Made by a program: the position numbers and the translations under genes. From Azolla caroliniana (lineage: Eukaryota; Plantae; Polypodiophyta), in contig JBHGNT010000012.1 of assembly GCA_043228905.1 (NCBI GenBank), positions 17,236,001-17,300,000 on the forward strand: 64,000 bases of DNA. The letters run 5' to 3'. The notes under the pieces were generated by a model that did not search any database, was not told where the DNA came from, and saw only the letters and a program-made list of their open reading frames with translations. Below are positions 50,601-63,353 of the stretch, piece by piece; within the stretch, counting starts at the first letter, position 1, and each line of letters opens with the position of its first letter.

Positions 50601-53600
50601 GGCTTAGGGGCCTCAAGCTTCATGACCAAATCCACATGGAAAAATGTGAACAGGAGATGATGTTGGGATGTTAGTATTGCAGGAAGCCTAATCTTGAATT
50701 CATCATGATAATGCGCCGTTCGGGCATTTATTGCTACTTGAGAATAAGCAGACTTCAACATTTGCCGACCATGTCGGGGATAAATTCCCTGCAGAGAGTA
50801 CGTGAAATAACTTGTTAACACTTCTGTAACTACCACCACACCTTCAAATATGCATTAACCAAATCCAAAAACTTGCCTCAAGAGCTGGCTTACGAATATC
50901 AGAATCGTCTCTACGAAGTTCAACACGCATGAAGACATTCCGTTTCCGACTAAGACTGATAACTTGTGGATAAACATAAAGGAAATGCAGAAGTTGAGTA
51001 AATGGTTCATTTCTGGTGAAGATACGAAAGTCCAAGGCATGGAACTGTATGAGAAAAAGGCAATTGGGTCAATAATATACTACTCTAATATTTACAACTT
51101 TAAACATCAATATCACAGTTTATTATTATCCATAATGTCCCTAATATACTAACAAAAACTTCTTACATCAGAGGAACCACTCTCTCCACCAGAAGTCCTC
51201 AGATTTTCTGGTTTTCCTGTGTCTTTTAAATCTGAATGATCATTATAGGGCCCTCGATGAAGACCATGTGCTCCATTTGTATAGGTACGTTCTGTATGCA
51301 TATTGGAGAAATTTTCACTTCCCTCTGCTGATCCATTGCTTATCCTTCTACTTTCTGCTATTGCTTCCGAATCAATCCATCCCAAAGGCAATCTTTCTAC
51401 CTCTAACCGTAGAGTAGCTTTAACAGGTTTATGAACCTTTCTTTTGGGGTCCTGCAATTATATCTCATAAGTACAAAATCAATGTTAGCAGGCATCAGGG
51501 TACTAAAAAGAGAATGCAGTCTTAAAAGCAAAGCAGCCCGTAAATCATAGCTTGACTAGGCACTATCATAGATTCATGTAGTGATAAAATGGGAAAGCTT
51601 GTATGGTGGAGCGCAACATCAAGAATTTATCTTTTCTAAGTTCCCAAATGAAGTTGCATGACAGTGTGCAATATCAAGAATTTGTCTTTTCTAAGGAGAC
51701 AATGAACCACGATAAAACAGAATGAACATGTGTTTAAACAGTTGAGATGCAATCCATGTATGTTATCAAATGATGTTATATATGAGAATTAAAAAGGTGA
51801 TTACAAACCTGCAAGGATTCCTCAATATAGTTTTCTTTGACTCGATTTAGGCCAGGAATCTCCACAATAACAGGTGTTCCACCAGTATCATGAGCTACTC
51901 TCCCTTCTGACAGTGTCCTTCCTATCATGTCAACGCCTGGATCAATAACGTTTGAACCTAGTCCAGTAGGTAAAGGGCTGCTTGGCGAACCAAAACCACC
52001 AACACCCCCTGAGATGCTGCTATCAAACAAAGGAACAGCCGCCCATGCAAAGGGTTCCCTGTAAGGCATCATTTGTGCCCATACTTTTAACTTCTGTTTT
52101 TCTCTTTCTGTGACGTGAATCTGAGGCCATAAACATCCATTTTCAATGACCTTAAGTCACAATATATGGTCTGTAGTAAGTATTCTAAAGTAAAACCAAA
52201 GATTAAAATTAGGAATCATAAAAGACCATGCACATAGACAAATATAAATACCGTTAAGTATCAATAATAAGACCACTATACAATTATTGACAGGAAATTA
52301 AATATTTATGACTATAATTCAAATAACCTACAGGTTCTTTCCGTGAATATACTGACGCTGTTCCCCCATCTTCTTCTGTGGCATGTTTTTCTATCTGAAT
52401 CAGCATACAAATAGAAGGTGAAGTGGCATCCAAATGAAAAATTGCCCGGTGTTGACAAGATGCAGCCACCTGCTTCAAAACATGTTTTCAGGAAATTATA
52501 CGCGAAACAGGTTTATCTTTTCATTTCAAAGCTGTTGCTACTCTTTTCTATCAATCCTTGGCCAAAATAGTGAGAAGTTTAAATTTCCAATGTCATTTAC
52601 ACTCAACTTACCAAGATACATTCTTGATTGGTATGTAAAGTATAAGGATATATTAGCAAAATTTATATGAAAAAGATACAAGCACTGCAGCAGCATAACA
52701 ACAGAATTACCTCTTGAAATTCATTTGGCAAGAACTCAAAATGGAAATCTTCTGTTAGCTTTTCACGTCTCTCTCTATGATATAAGCATATCGTTCCATA
52801 AAAAGGCTCTGAAATACTATGAATCATCAGTCTTTTAACAATAAAGACACTGCAGACAAGTGAAATATGCAAGACATTGTGGAATAATTAACATTTTTTA
52901 CTCAGTAATTTTGTAAAAGCAAAATTTCATCAATGACCATTGTGAGAAATTACGCACCAACGAATCCAGCTTGTATTGAGAAGGACAAAACTTTGACAGA
53001 AAGGTTCACGCCACTGGAATAAATAGTAAGCTCATTCAATCACTTTCAATTGATAGCAAATATAAGACAATATAAAAGAGATTATGTTGCGGTATACCTT
53101 GATGAAATAGAAGATGGTATTTCCTGTGTCCTTTGACCAGAAATAGTAGACCTTTCTGTTTCCCAATCAAAAATAGGTTCATAACAAGGAAGGGGTGCAG
53201 CTCCCAGATGCTGGAGATCATTGCATGGTATTCAAAGACAGTTAGACAGTACAAAGAAAAGTAGCTCTAGAAAAACTTTCTTTCTAAGAATGTACAATGC
53301 ACTGAAAATTTCCATACATTACAAGTTCACAAGGGTTTCATGGTTCTACTAGTTCCAACAACAGTTTATCTCACGCTCCCACATGCCTCTATGCCTAGCA
53401 CCTTCATGGCCACCATCCATGTAACCTTTAATTTCATACCTCAGTTCTTTCTTTCTTTACCTGTTTTGAAGGGCCTCTATTCATAACAAAAAAGTCTGCA
53501 CCACTAGTAACCTAGGGGAAATTTTCATGCCTCTTCTCTCTCCTTGCCTCCCTGTTTACAGCTTCTCTATCTTACAAAACACAGGGCTTACATTATCTTT

Positions 53601-55374
53601 AAAACCAGTCCTTCATAATTTTTCTGCAGCCTGAATCTGGGAAAATTAAAGAGCTAAAATAAACATGGTTTCATGGATCCATGGATTGCTATTTGCATGT
53701 TACTTCTGAGAGTTGGAATCCACTCCACTTTCCTCTTCTCTCGACCCAGAGTTCATTGCATGCTTCTTTCATGAGTGCATTCTCAGCTCACAGCAGTTTG
53801 GGCATGAGACAAGAATTTTATTCAGTTCCCTATTGATTCTTTTATATTAGGTACTGCTTGGTGAGAAGCTAAGAGATATTTCATACCAATGTTCTTTGCA
53901 TATTTTTTGGGTTTTGTTAAGATGTTGAATTTACAATTTAAAATAATTGGTTGTACATAATAGAGGAGAAATGACATTGTTATCTTATACACAAACCTTT
54001 CGGAGAACCTTATTTTGTATTGTCTCGGCCACACTGGAGCAACTGGATTGCCGGCCTGAAGTGCTGGGTTCTTCATCTTCAAGTTCTCCACTCCTTGCTT
54101 GCCTCACATTTGCAAGTTGCAACTCTAAAAGTAAATGAAAGGAAAATTTATCAAACCTATCTAACCGGTAATAAAAAAACTCGAGAAGACCTCATGAGTA
54201 TTATGCCATTATGAGCACTCAAAGATACAAAGATAACTCAAATATAACCTTTTAACATTCCCCGTGTTAACAGTATGGATTCAATGAACTAAAACAAGAA
54301 TGTGTTTTGGCGCAAAAATAAAAATGCATATAAAGTTTATAGACAGTTGTAGCACACATAAATCACAGAAATATGTAATACACAACAACTACAAACTTCT
54401 AAGAATAATATAAGTGTGTTGACAAGGCAATGTACCTGTTTCCACATCTGTGTCTGGGCATTCAAAAATTTGATTTTGGAATAAGGGTGGTGCTTCCCTC
54501 TCATAGTGTCCATACTTTGTCTCATCTTTAATCCAATCAGCTGTATAGCAGTGAATCAGTTCCTTCAAATGTGGCCATTGATCTAATCTCTCATTCAACT
54601 GCAGAACAGCAAAAATGTAAAGTCGATAGTAAAATCCAGATGTATTCTTGAACTTATAATTGAAAATAAAATCCTTAATCTTTGATGCAAATTTTATGGA
54701 TTTCTCTGCTATTACAATATCATGAGCAATAGGAGAAGCCAAGTAGATGAACTATTTTATTTAGGACATCCTCTCATAGTCAATCCCTTCCTCCAACTGT
54801 TGCCACCCCTTCTCTCTCATAGGCAATCCCTTTCCTCTGGCTTTGTGATGTTGCCTTTCTCATGGGATCAATCCACTTTTTTTTAGTGGCATACATGCTT
54901 CAGATACATATATACATACACATACACACACATAGGGCAACAGAAGTCTGAAAAACCCACATACCAGCACAAATGGATACATAAAATACCTCAAAACAAC
55001 TGCAAGCTATAGCATCCATACTTAGGCTCATCTTAAATTTAACATTTATTTGGAGTCATGTTTCCAACAAAACTTGTCCTGATTAACAGCATGAAATATT
55101 AAAAAGCAATGGCTTTTTCAAATTTTAGTTTCCTAGAGAAAGATTTTCTTTAACCATGGTCAATATTCTATTTGAATGAAAGTTATTAAGTACTTCATTA
55201 TTAATTAAGTTCATTCACTGCAATCCAAATCAGCAAGTTGAACTGACTGTAACATTAATCAGATTGCTTTGCTTAAGGAAAATAACCAACCACAGGTTCA
55301 AGATCTAAGACTGAAAATGGTGATAGCTTTGAAATTCTTCTAAACCGCTGCCCACAAAAAGTTGGCTCTGTCAT
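37032..55374 (-). CDS. SPK1: SPIKE1, DOCK-family (DHR1/DHR2) ROP guanine nucleotide exchange factor, 30 coding exons, ~1.8k aa
   Basis: The first coding exon 55374-55291 (MTEPTFCGQRFRRIS..LEPV) splices to LNERLDQWPHL..KYGHYE. C2/DHR1 YHDEFKIRLP..HHLLFTFFHV; DHR2 YYRVGFYG..KEYVYRE, FLFDTPFTKNGKTQGGLEDQWKRRT, LQRILQGSVAVQVNSG; ends HYIPAILSEL*. All exon junctions I traced were phase-consistent. Confidence 0.97.
41777..42348. repeat. Near-identical ~240-bp direct duplication with an intervening partial copy, SPK1 intron
   Basis: GGCAATTTATGATTTCCTTAGGGG...CCCATGTTGATAT at 41777-42015 and 42110-42348, with a partial copy at ~42031-42099. Confidence 0.9.
42642..43085. mobile_element. hAT-type MITE, family B, copy 1
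   Basis: TIRs AAACAATCGGCAACGG / CCGTTGCCGATTGTTA and an 8-bp TSD ACTCTAGG. Confidence 0.9.
46527..46925. mobile_element. hAT-type MITE, family B, copy 2 (opposite orientation)
   Basis: TIR TAACAATCGGCAAC / TTGCCGATCGCTT and an 8-bp TSD ATAGCAAT. The body is reverse-complementary to copy 1. Confidence 0.88.
47711..48323. mobile_element. hAT-type MITE, family A, copy 2
   Basis: TIRs TATCAATGGGTACG / CATGCCCATTGATA, with a degenerate TSD GTTATTGC/ACTACTGC (three transitions). Homologous to 14306-14811. Confidence 0.85.
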
Positions 55375-56354
55375 TCCTGTTTGTTATAACATCAGAAAGA
55401 ATAAGATAAAAATTCAGGATTTGAATATTGCAAACAATCACGATATCAATCACGACAGAATTGGAGAGGGGGAAAATCTAATTGTGTTATATCAGCCATA
55501 GTGATACATTTGGTGGTGATTGTTTATACCATCTGATCTCTTTAAGAGCTTAGATGTTGATCCAGTATACACATCAGATGGAAAAACAGAATGGAACAGA
55601 ACTATCAGGATCTGCTTAAATATTGCATTGACAAGTACAACATGTATTACATAATAATGAAGATCTGCTTAAATATGAGCTGCACCATCAACAAGGTGAG
55701 TAGACCTGAAATGTGTCCGACTCATAAGCACCCTTTAACAACAAGCAACAGCATTGGAACTATGACATAAGTCCCCATCCCTTGACCAAGTCTACAATTC
55801 AGACTAGTACGATCTGGCCAAGTGTAGCATCTCCTCGTATGGGGACCTTTACAATACAGCTATGACCAAAACCATCATGAGGATGATTTGTTCGACTCCC
55901 AGATGCTAAAGCTCTTTCCAATTAACTTCACAAAACTCTAGACATGGAGAAAAGGAGAAAGGTGAAGCGAAATCCACGGTCTATGTAGATGCCCTCTCCA
56001 TGCAATCACCATAGGAGAGATCCCCCTCTCTAGTGTTCAAGAATATCTACTAGTAAGTTGGTTCCAACCTTAGACAAGTCAAGAAGATCAATAAATGTAT
56101 TGCACCAAATTCAATTTCTGTGCTAAATGAGTGAGGAAAAAACAACAAGTGTCAGCCCAAATGCGTTTAACAAGATGTCAAATACATGATGGCAAGAGAA
56201 AAGATTCTTTTAAGCTCTTTACAGTAATGCATTGATCTCTTGAAGGGAATACACATATCATGACCACATGTTTCCTCTCATACTTGTAACGCGCATTCTT
56301 TTCAGAACTTGTTTCAGTGCACTTACACCCGGCAACAGTGAAAGAGCATACCTA

Positions 56355-56391
<37 letters not shown>

Positions 56392-56869
56392 AAGAGAGGA
56401 TCATTGCAAGTGCCAGCATCCTAGATTAAGCATCTGATGGTTGCCCCTCATTAGTAAAATGAAGACAAATTTTCATATATATATATATATAATTTATTTA
56501 TTTTTATTTAGAGGATCATTGCAAGTATCAGCATCCTAGATTAAGCCTCTGATGGTTGCCCTCCATTCTTAAAATGAGTGCAATTTTTCAGATATATAAA
56601 TTAATTAATTAAATTAGCATACAACAGATTTTAGAGCGAACCTGATATATATTTACAAGATCCTAGCGGGCATCAGCATCCAAAGAACATTCTTCTGCAC
56701 CCTTCTTTCATGTAATGTCTGCCATTTTTCAGTCATGCAAACAGAAATAAAAGGATTAAGGGGAAGAGTTACGTAGAAACTTGCAAGTTTAGAAGAACTT
56801 CAAAGAGAGTTGCCAAAAACTATAGTCAATTAAGATTACAGATTAGAGATGATGTAGGAAATGTATGAC

Positions 56870-57405
56870 CCTAATCCGGCAAATGCAGCTTTGGGACAGA
56901 AACAAAATACCAAAAAAACTTCCAATGAAGCTTCAGGGTAGAGAAAAAAGACTAATCTGACAAGATAAAGCTTTTGGGCAGAGAAAAAAAAGGTTGATTT
57001 GTCCAAATGCAGCCTTTGGGCAGAGAAACAAATCCTCGTCTGACCAGATACAGCTTTAGGGAAGAGAAAAAACCATAATGTCTTTAGGACCGAGAAAATA
57101 AAACCCTCCTCTGTTCGAATGCAGATTTTGGGCAGAATGGGAAAAAACTAATTTTTGGCCGAAGGAAAAAAATTATCCTAATGCAGAATTTTGTGCACGG
57201 GACAATAATTTATTTTAAATGATTTTTGGCAGAGAGGAAAAAACCAAATCTGTGCAGGTACTGATTTTGGAAGGAGGAAACCCCCTAATTTTTCCAATGC
57301 GAAAATTTGGGCAGAGAGAACAAAACTCTGTTCTGTCCAATGCAGCTTGTGGGCAGAGAAAAATAAAAACTGAACTTTACCAATGCAGCTCATGGGCAGG
57401 CAGAG
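56870..57405. repeat. Degenerate tandem repeat (AATGCAGCTTTTGGGCAGAGAAAA core) in the SPK1 5'-leader intron
   Basis: About 10 recurrences of a (T)TTGGGCAGAGA-like core at 45-70 bp spacing. Confidence 0.75.
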
Positions 57406-57757
57406 AGGGGGGGGAACCCTAATCTTTAGGTAGCCTTACAATATCCCAAACACACAGGGGCCAGAATTTTTGAGCTTGGGAGAGATAAAAACAAACGTGG
57501 AGACAAACTAGAACCAATTACTAAAGTTTCTAAAAAAAGAAGAAATCAAAACGGGGGTGTACAAAATTCAGAGCAGAAACAAGGAGAAATTTTACCTGGA
57601 ATGGGAATGGCCTAAACGGAATGCAGGTGATCCACAGAGAGCAAAATCTAAAGATCACTGTCACGAGCTGAGCAGAAGGGAGGAGGAAAAGCAGGGATTT
57701 TGTTACACAGTAAACCTTCAGGGCTATATAGTCTCTGAGGAGCTGAAGAACGAAGAC

Positions 57758-57759
<2 letters not shown>

Positions 57760-57790
<31 letters not shown>

Positions 57791-57824
57791 AAGGAGAAGC
57801 AGCTTTCTGTTTCTCTTTCCCTCC

Positions 57825-57855
<31 letters not shown>

Positions 57856-57922
57856 CACTGTGTTTTTTCTGGTTTTTTTACTGTATATTTTTTTTGGGTT
57901 CCTGAGTAAAAGATATGAAGGG

Positions 57923-57960
<38 letters not shown>

Positions 57961-58215
57961 TCTGTGTCTGTCTCTCGTGGAACTGAAGGCAGGGAAGAGA
58001 GAGACAGAGAGAGAGGAGGGAAGAGAGAGACAGACACAGAGAATGAGAGAGAGAGAGAGGAAGGGAGGGAAGAGAGAGAGAGAGAGGAAGGGAAGGAAGA
58101 GAGAGACAGAGACACAGAGAGAGAGAGAGAGAGAGAGAGGAAGGGAAGGAAGAGAGAGACAGAGACACAGAGAGAGAGAGAGAGAGAGAGGAAGGGAAGG
58201 AAGAGAGAGACAGAG

Positions 58216-58263
<48 letters not shown>
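57760..58263. repeat. Compound (GAA)n/(CT)n/(GA)n microsatellite region at the likely SPK1 promoter and first exon
   Basis: Seen directly; includes 3-4 higher-order units of ~60 bp. Confidence 0.9.
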
Positions 58264-58266
<3 letters not shown>

Positions 58267-58399
58267 TAATAGGTAAATGGGCCTAGTACCCCTTCTTCCC
58301 TAGAATAAAAGACCTACACTACATATAGTGGTTTAAAGCTTACAGCTATTCTTAGCCTCCTCCTCCTACTCCTATGCTATTAGTATGTATGTAAATTAT

Positions 58400-59165
58400 G
58401 TACTACTGCTAGCACTAGTCTCTAAGCCATGGTCAAGGCTACATACTTGGTCAATGTCAAAGTCAAGGTCACCAGTCCACATCCTTACTTTCCATACATC
58501 TTCTTGCTATTACTAGCTGTAGTCTCTAATCCATAAGGTCCAATACCTAGGTCAAGGTCAATATCAAAGTCAAGGTCATCATTCCTTACTTTCCATACCT
58601 CTTCTTGCTATTACTAGTATTAGTCTCTAATCCTAGGTCCAAGACCTAGGTCAAGGTCAAGGTCGATATCAAAGTCAATGTCATTAGCCCTTACTTTCAT
58701 ACCTCTTCTTGCTATTACTAGCAGTAGTCTCTAATCCTAGGTCCAAGACCTGGGTCAAGGTCAATGTCAATATCAAAGTCAAGGTCATCAGCCCTTACTT
58801 TCATACCCCTTCTTGCTATTACTAGCAGTAGTCTCTAATCCTAGGTTCAAGACCTAGGTCGAGGTCGAGGTCAATACCAAAGTCAAGGCCCATCAGTCCT
58901 TGCTACTCTTCGCAACTCCTGTTGCTATTACTAGCACTGAGTCTCTAAGCCAAGGTCCAAACTTGGGTCAATATCAAAGTCGATGCCATCGGTTCACATC
59001 CTTACTTTCGCAGCTCCTACTGATATTACACTGCACTAGTCTCTAAGCCAAGGTCAAAATCGAGGTCATTAGTCCACATCCTTATTGTTGCACCTCGTGC
59101 AACCATTACTAGCTCTGGTCTCTTGGCCCTGGTCAAGGTCAAGGTAATCAATCCACATTCTTACT
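58400..59165. repeat. Tandem repeat, ~6-7 x ~100-110 bp, rich in GGTCAA/AGTCAA
   Basis: Unit GCTATTACTAGCAGTAGTCTCTAATCCTAGGTCCAAGACCTAGGTCAAGGTCAA..TCAAAGTCAAGGTCATCAGCCCTTACTTTCATACCTCTTCTT. Confidence 0.92.
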
Positions 59166-62100
59166 TCCGTACTATCATAGTCTCCTAAATATGGGGTATG
59201 TTTGCTACACCGCCTAACAATAAAGGATATACTAGGCATTGGTGTACAATAATGAGGAGGCGACATGACGCTTTTTAAATACCTTCCAACTCTAGGCATT
59301 TTCCTCAACATCATGGATGGAATGAATGTGCCACGCATTCACTACTTGGGAACAAGTAAAAGGGGTCTATTTGCACGGAGGTGGAAGTACGGGGCCCTCA
59401 TAGCATCCCTAAGTCTATCCACCATGAAAATGTCCAAGAGTCAAGATAAATTTGTCATACATGATCTACTTCTTGTAGACCACATCACTTCCCATTATTG
59501 ATCATAGCCATTGTGCGTATGCGCTTATGGTTCAAAAAATAAAATTCGCGTCAACTTCCTAGCATCATATGGGATGAAGGTAAAAACAAAACTAAAAAGA
59601 TGCAAGGAATCAACAATTTTTGAGTTCTAGATGGACACAAGATGCGTGGAAACGGTTTGGTGGATGGGATACATTATAATTCTCTTTCACGATTGTGTAA
59701 ATAGATTCATGAATGAATGAAGTGTTTTTGCAACATTGATGGTTCACAGACAGTTCAATCGTCACCAAAGTACAAAAAACATCGTATTCCCCGACCGTGG
59801 AAACTGAACTCGTTAACAGATATATGCTAGAGTCCATCCCTTTGTCGGTCATCGATAGCATTATTGCTATGCAATTTAGCTCACACTCTCTCAAATATTA
59901 GGTGGGCAATTAGGATTTCCCAATCCCGAGAATAAGTTTGTGAGTCCAAGTATCACACTTTTTTACAATGTTCTACATTTCAATCATACTCGAGTTTGCT
60001 CTTCACACATCAATGATCACCAGTTCAATTTCTGTCCTTATATTTCTTCCACCATTAAAAATGTGCACATTGATCAATAGCGAAATCATTCAAAACAATT
60101 GTGAATGTTGAGACAATGACAAGTCAACCACATGAAAATGTTTCACATTTGGTCTCATAGGTCAAATTTGACCTTCAATGCCAATAATAAAATCTCTATC
60201 TCTATCTCTCACTCGCGCTCATGATCTAAAATCTATGAGCAACTCCCAAGCAATGTACCTCTAATCATTTTGATTTCTCACACTTCTCCTAAACCTATCT
60301 CTTGTTTCTCAAAATCTTTAAGGAAAATGACCAACATATCCTTGTTTTTTATTCACAAATTTATCAAAATACACCCCATATTTTCAAATTTCATAGAGAA
60401 TGGCATGAAACCATATTTAACATGTTACAAAGGAGGGAATGCATGTCTTTCTTTTCTATTCTTTCTAAAACATGACTTCTATATTGACCATATAAGACGA
60501 GGCATGAGGACTCTCCCAAAATCAAGGTTTTGAACTCAATAATTCCTTATGAATCGCCTTTGGATCTACCGTGGCCTACTTTTTTATTGAGCCCACTATA
60601 TTGTCTCGAGTCCACAGTAAAGCGTTATAAAAAAAGAAAAAGAAAACAAAACTCATCAAAAGCACAAGTGTGACTTTGAGAGATTGCATCATCCAATTAA
60701 GACACGTACAAGTGGAATTGGGTATTTGATGACAATGACTCTACCCAATCTCTTACAATCACAATTATAATCGGGGGTAGTATTAGATATGCTCCCATAA
60801 TAGTACAATAGAGTTGGTCATAAAACCAACATTGGGCATAGTTATGAATATTGCATGAATGAAGAGTGTAGGCCAATATCCCAAACTCTCTATTTTCATT
60901 TCATCTCCTTCTCTCTCATTTCCATTTCCATTTATCTCTCTCCACTACTTTTCTTTTGGGTTGAACCTCATTCATTATATGTAAAAAATACCATTATAGT
61001 ATCATTGTCCTTGCATAGGTAGAGGGACGTTTCGAAGTGTTGTTAAAGAGCTTATTATCCACAAGATGGAACAATCCCCGCATTCTCTAACATCCATACT
61101 TGCTACATCAATATGCCTTTCAACTTTATATTATATACAATTACTCCACATCTACCATCCATCAAACATGAAGGCATTATGCATATTTCAACTGTGTTGC
61201 AAACTTGTAATGTCTTAAAAGCTAAAACATGGTTTCTATTTCATCCTTTGGACCACAAATTGTACGTATTGCCTAAAGCCCCTTTGTTTAGGCATCATGT
61301 AAGAAGAAGCTAAAACTTGTCAGTTTTTTTATAAATAGTTCCAAATAGCATGTACAACAAAGCACTGAATGAATCAATGTATATTACCTTCCAATTGAAC
61401 AATACAAAAGAAGCATGTGCCTTATGCCAACCCTTGCCTCTCAAGTGTTAAAACTAAATGAAGCCCCCCCAATCATCACCTCCAAACGAACACCTTTGAT
61501 TGAATGGCAATTGAAAATGCAACTACGTTTCAACATTTTCCACCACTTTGCATTAAACTTGCCTACATTCCACTCCTTTTCTACATTAGATGAGAGCCAT
61601 GAAAGTGATGCCATAGAATGATGATACAACATATTAGTACTTACCATTAATAATCTTGTAGAACTCTTCAGACACCAATCCACCCAAGGTTGATGATATG
61701 TTTTCATAGGCAAATGTCATTGGCATAATTTAGTGGAATATATAGCAATATTTTAGTATCATCAAACCCTAATAGTTGCTCAAATTATCAACCACATCAC
61801 CCACTTCAACAACCCCTAACCAAAGCATGCGATTCAAATGATATCTCAAAATTTCCTTTCCTTGCCAATGTAACAATCGCGAAGAAACAAGAAGTTATTG
61901 TTGTAACAAATTACGTAGCTCTTGACAATTTGATAGTGCCCATTCAAAACACAACAAAGCTTCCTACCAATATCTTACCAATTGTTTAGCATTGCCATGA
62001 TGTGGGAAGCACATATGAGGAAACAAGTTAAAAAGATGAAATAAGGGAGCAATTATACACGTGATGCTAGCTTAAAAATTACAGGAACAATCATGTATAT

Positions 62101-62384
62101 AATTATATACCAAATATGTTGGTTAACACATAACACTCGATTATAACACCAGATGTCAAGGGTTCGAATCTTGACATGACCGAAAATTAGCAAAAGAAGA
62201 CATAGCTTAGTCTTCAAGAACTTATATTAGGAGTGTGAGGTCAAAGGTTCAATCTCTTAATCAACAATGAAGGGAGAAAGGTGATTTATAGTAACTAGTA
62301 AGGTACATGGTAAAGATGATTTATAGTATGTGGTAAATACAAAAAAAGGACATAAAGGTTTTGTGTCAATCAATTCTCGTCATC

Positions 62385-62538
62385 AGGTGCATCGACTCAT
62401 CATTAGGTGCTACAACAACTTACTCTTTGGTAATGGCCCTCTTAAAACCTATAAAATTGATTAGGTGCATCGACTCATCATTAGGTGCTACAAGAACTTA
62501 CTCTTTGGTAATGGCCCTCTTAAAACCTATAAAATTGA
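62385..62538. repeat. Tandem duplication, 2 x 78 bp
   Basis: AGGTGCATCGACTCATCATTAGGTGCTACAA..AAACCTATAAAATTGA occurs twice with one mismatch. Confidence 0.95.
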
Positions 62539-63353
62539 AAACATAGCTCATTGTTGGGGAAGGATTTTGGATCAAGGCGGAAATGTTACTAAAATCTTGA
62601 ATGAGCTTGGGGTAGCGAATTGAGAGGGTGTTATAGACCACCAATGACAAGAGGCAACGAAGTTGTCTCGTCATCCCCCTAACCCAAAACTTGAGGACAT
62701 CCCTTTGAAACTTTACCAACAAATCCTAAATCTTTAACTCCTATCTACCTATGCCTTCTCAGTCACTCCATGTAACAGAGTCAATATAATCTCATTTTCT
62801 ATGATTTAGATTAATCCTTTGATGTAATTTGCTTTTTAATACAACTATATAAAACTAAATTATGTAATCTATTATCTAGTGCTGCAAGTTATTGAATAGG
62901 GATCGTGTAAGAAATTTCAAATTATGACTTTGACTTTGAAGCATGAAGCTACACAATTTGGAGCTAGATTTGCGAAAAGAATAGTCCTCAAAATTACTAC
63001 TTCGTGAAACTCACACCATCGGTAGGAAGAGTTCATCACGAGGTTAATATCAAAACTTTCAAAATGCAATTCTGGTGACAGGATGAGAAGTTGGAGCCCT
63101 TTTTTCCTCTTCGAACCTTCTCTTTCTCTAACGCTCTCCTACTCCAACATCAAAACATGGCAATTAGAATTTGCAACCCATCCTCTCTAGTTCAAGTTCC
63201 GGATGGTCCACCTCTCGTTTCACATGCATGCGCATAACTTCGTGACAACGTATACAATTGTTATGCCTTGGGACTGGACTAGCCCTAACATAGGGTGTCC
63301 CTCTAGGACACTTCACCAAAGGGTGGTGCAAATGGGGTAGACATAGACCGTAA

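Noticed and set aside
57557-58276. 239-aa and overlapping ER/SL-rich ORFs
   Set aside because: Translations of GA/CT microsatellites.
62110-62260. tRNA-like B-box fragments (GGTTCGAATC; similar at ~6897 and ~9246)
   Set aside because: No complete cloverleaf; at most very old tRNA/SINE debris.
62380-62540. C/D-box snoRNA-like ATGATGA...CTGA on the minus strand
   Set aside because: The motifs arise from the tandem duplication; no terminal stem or recognisable rRNA guide.
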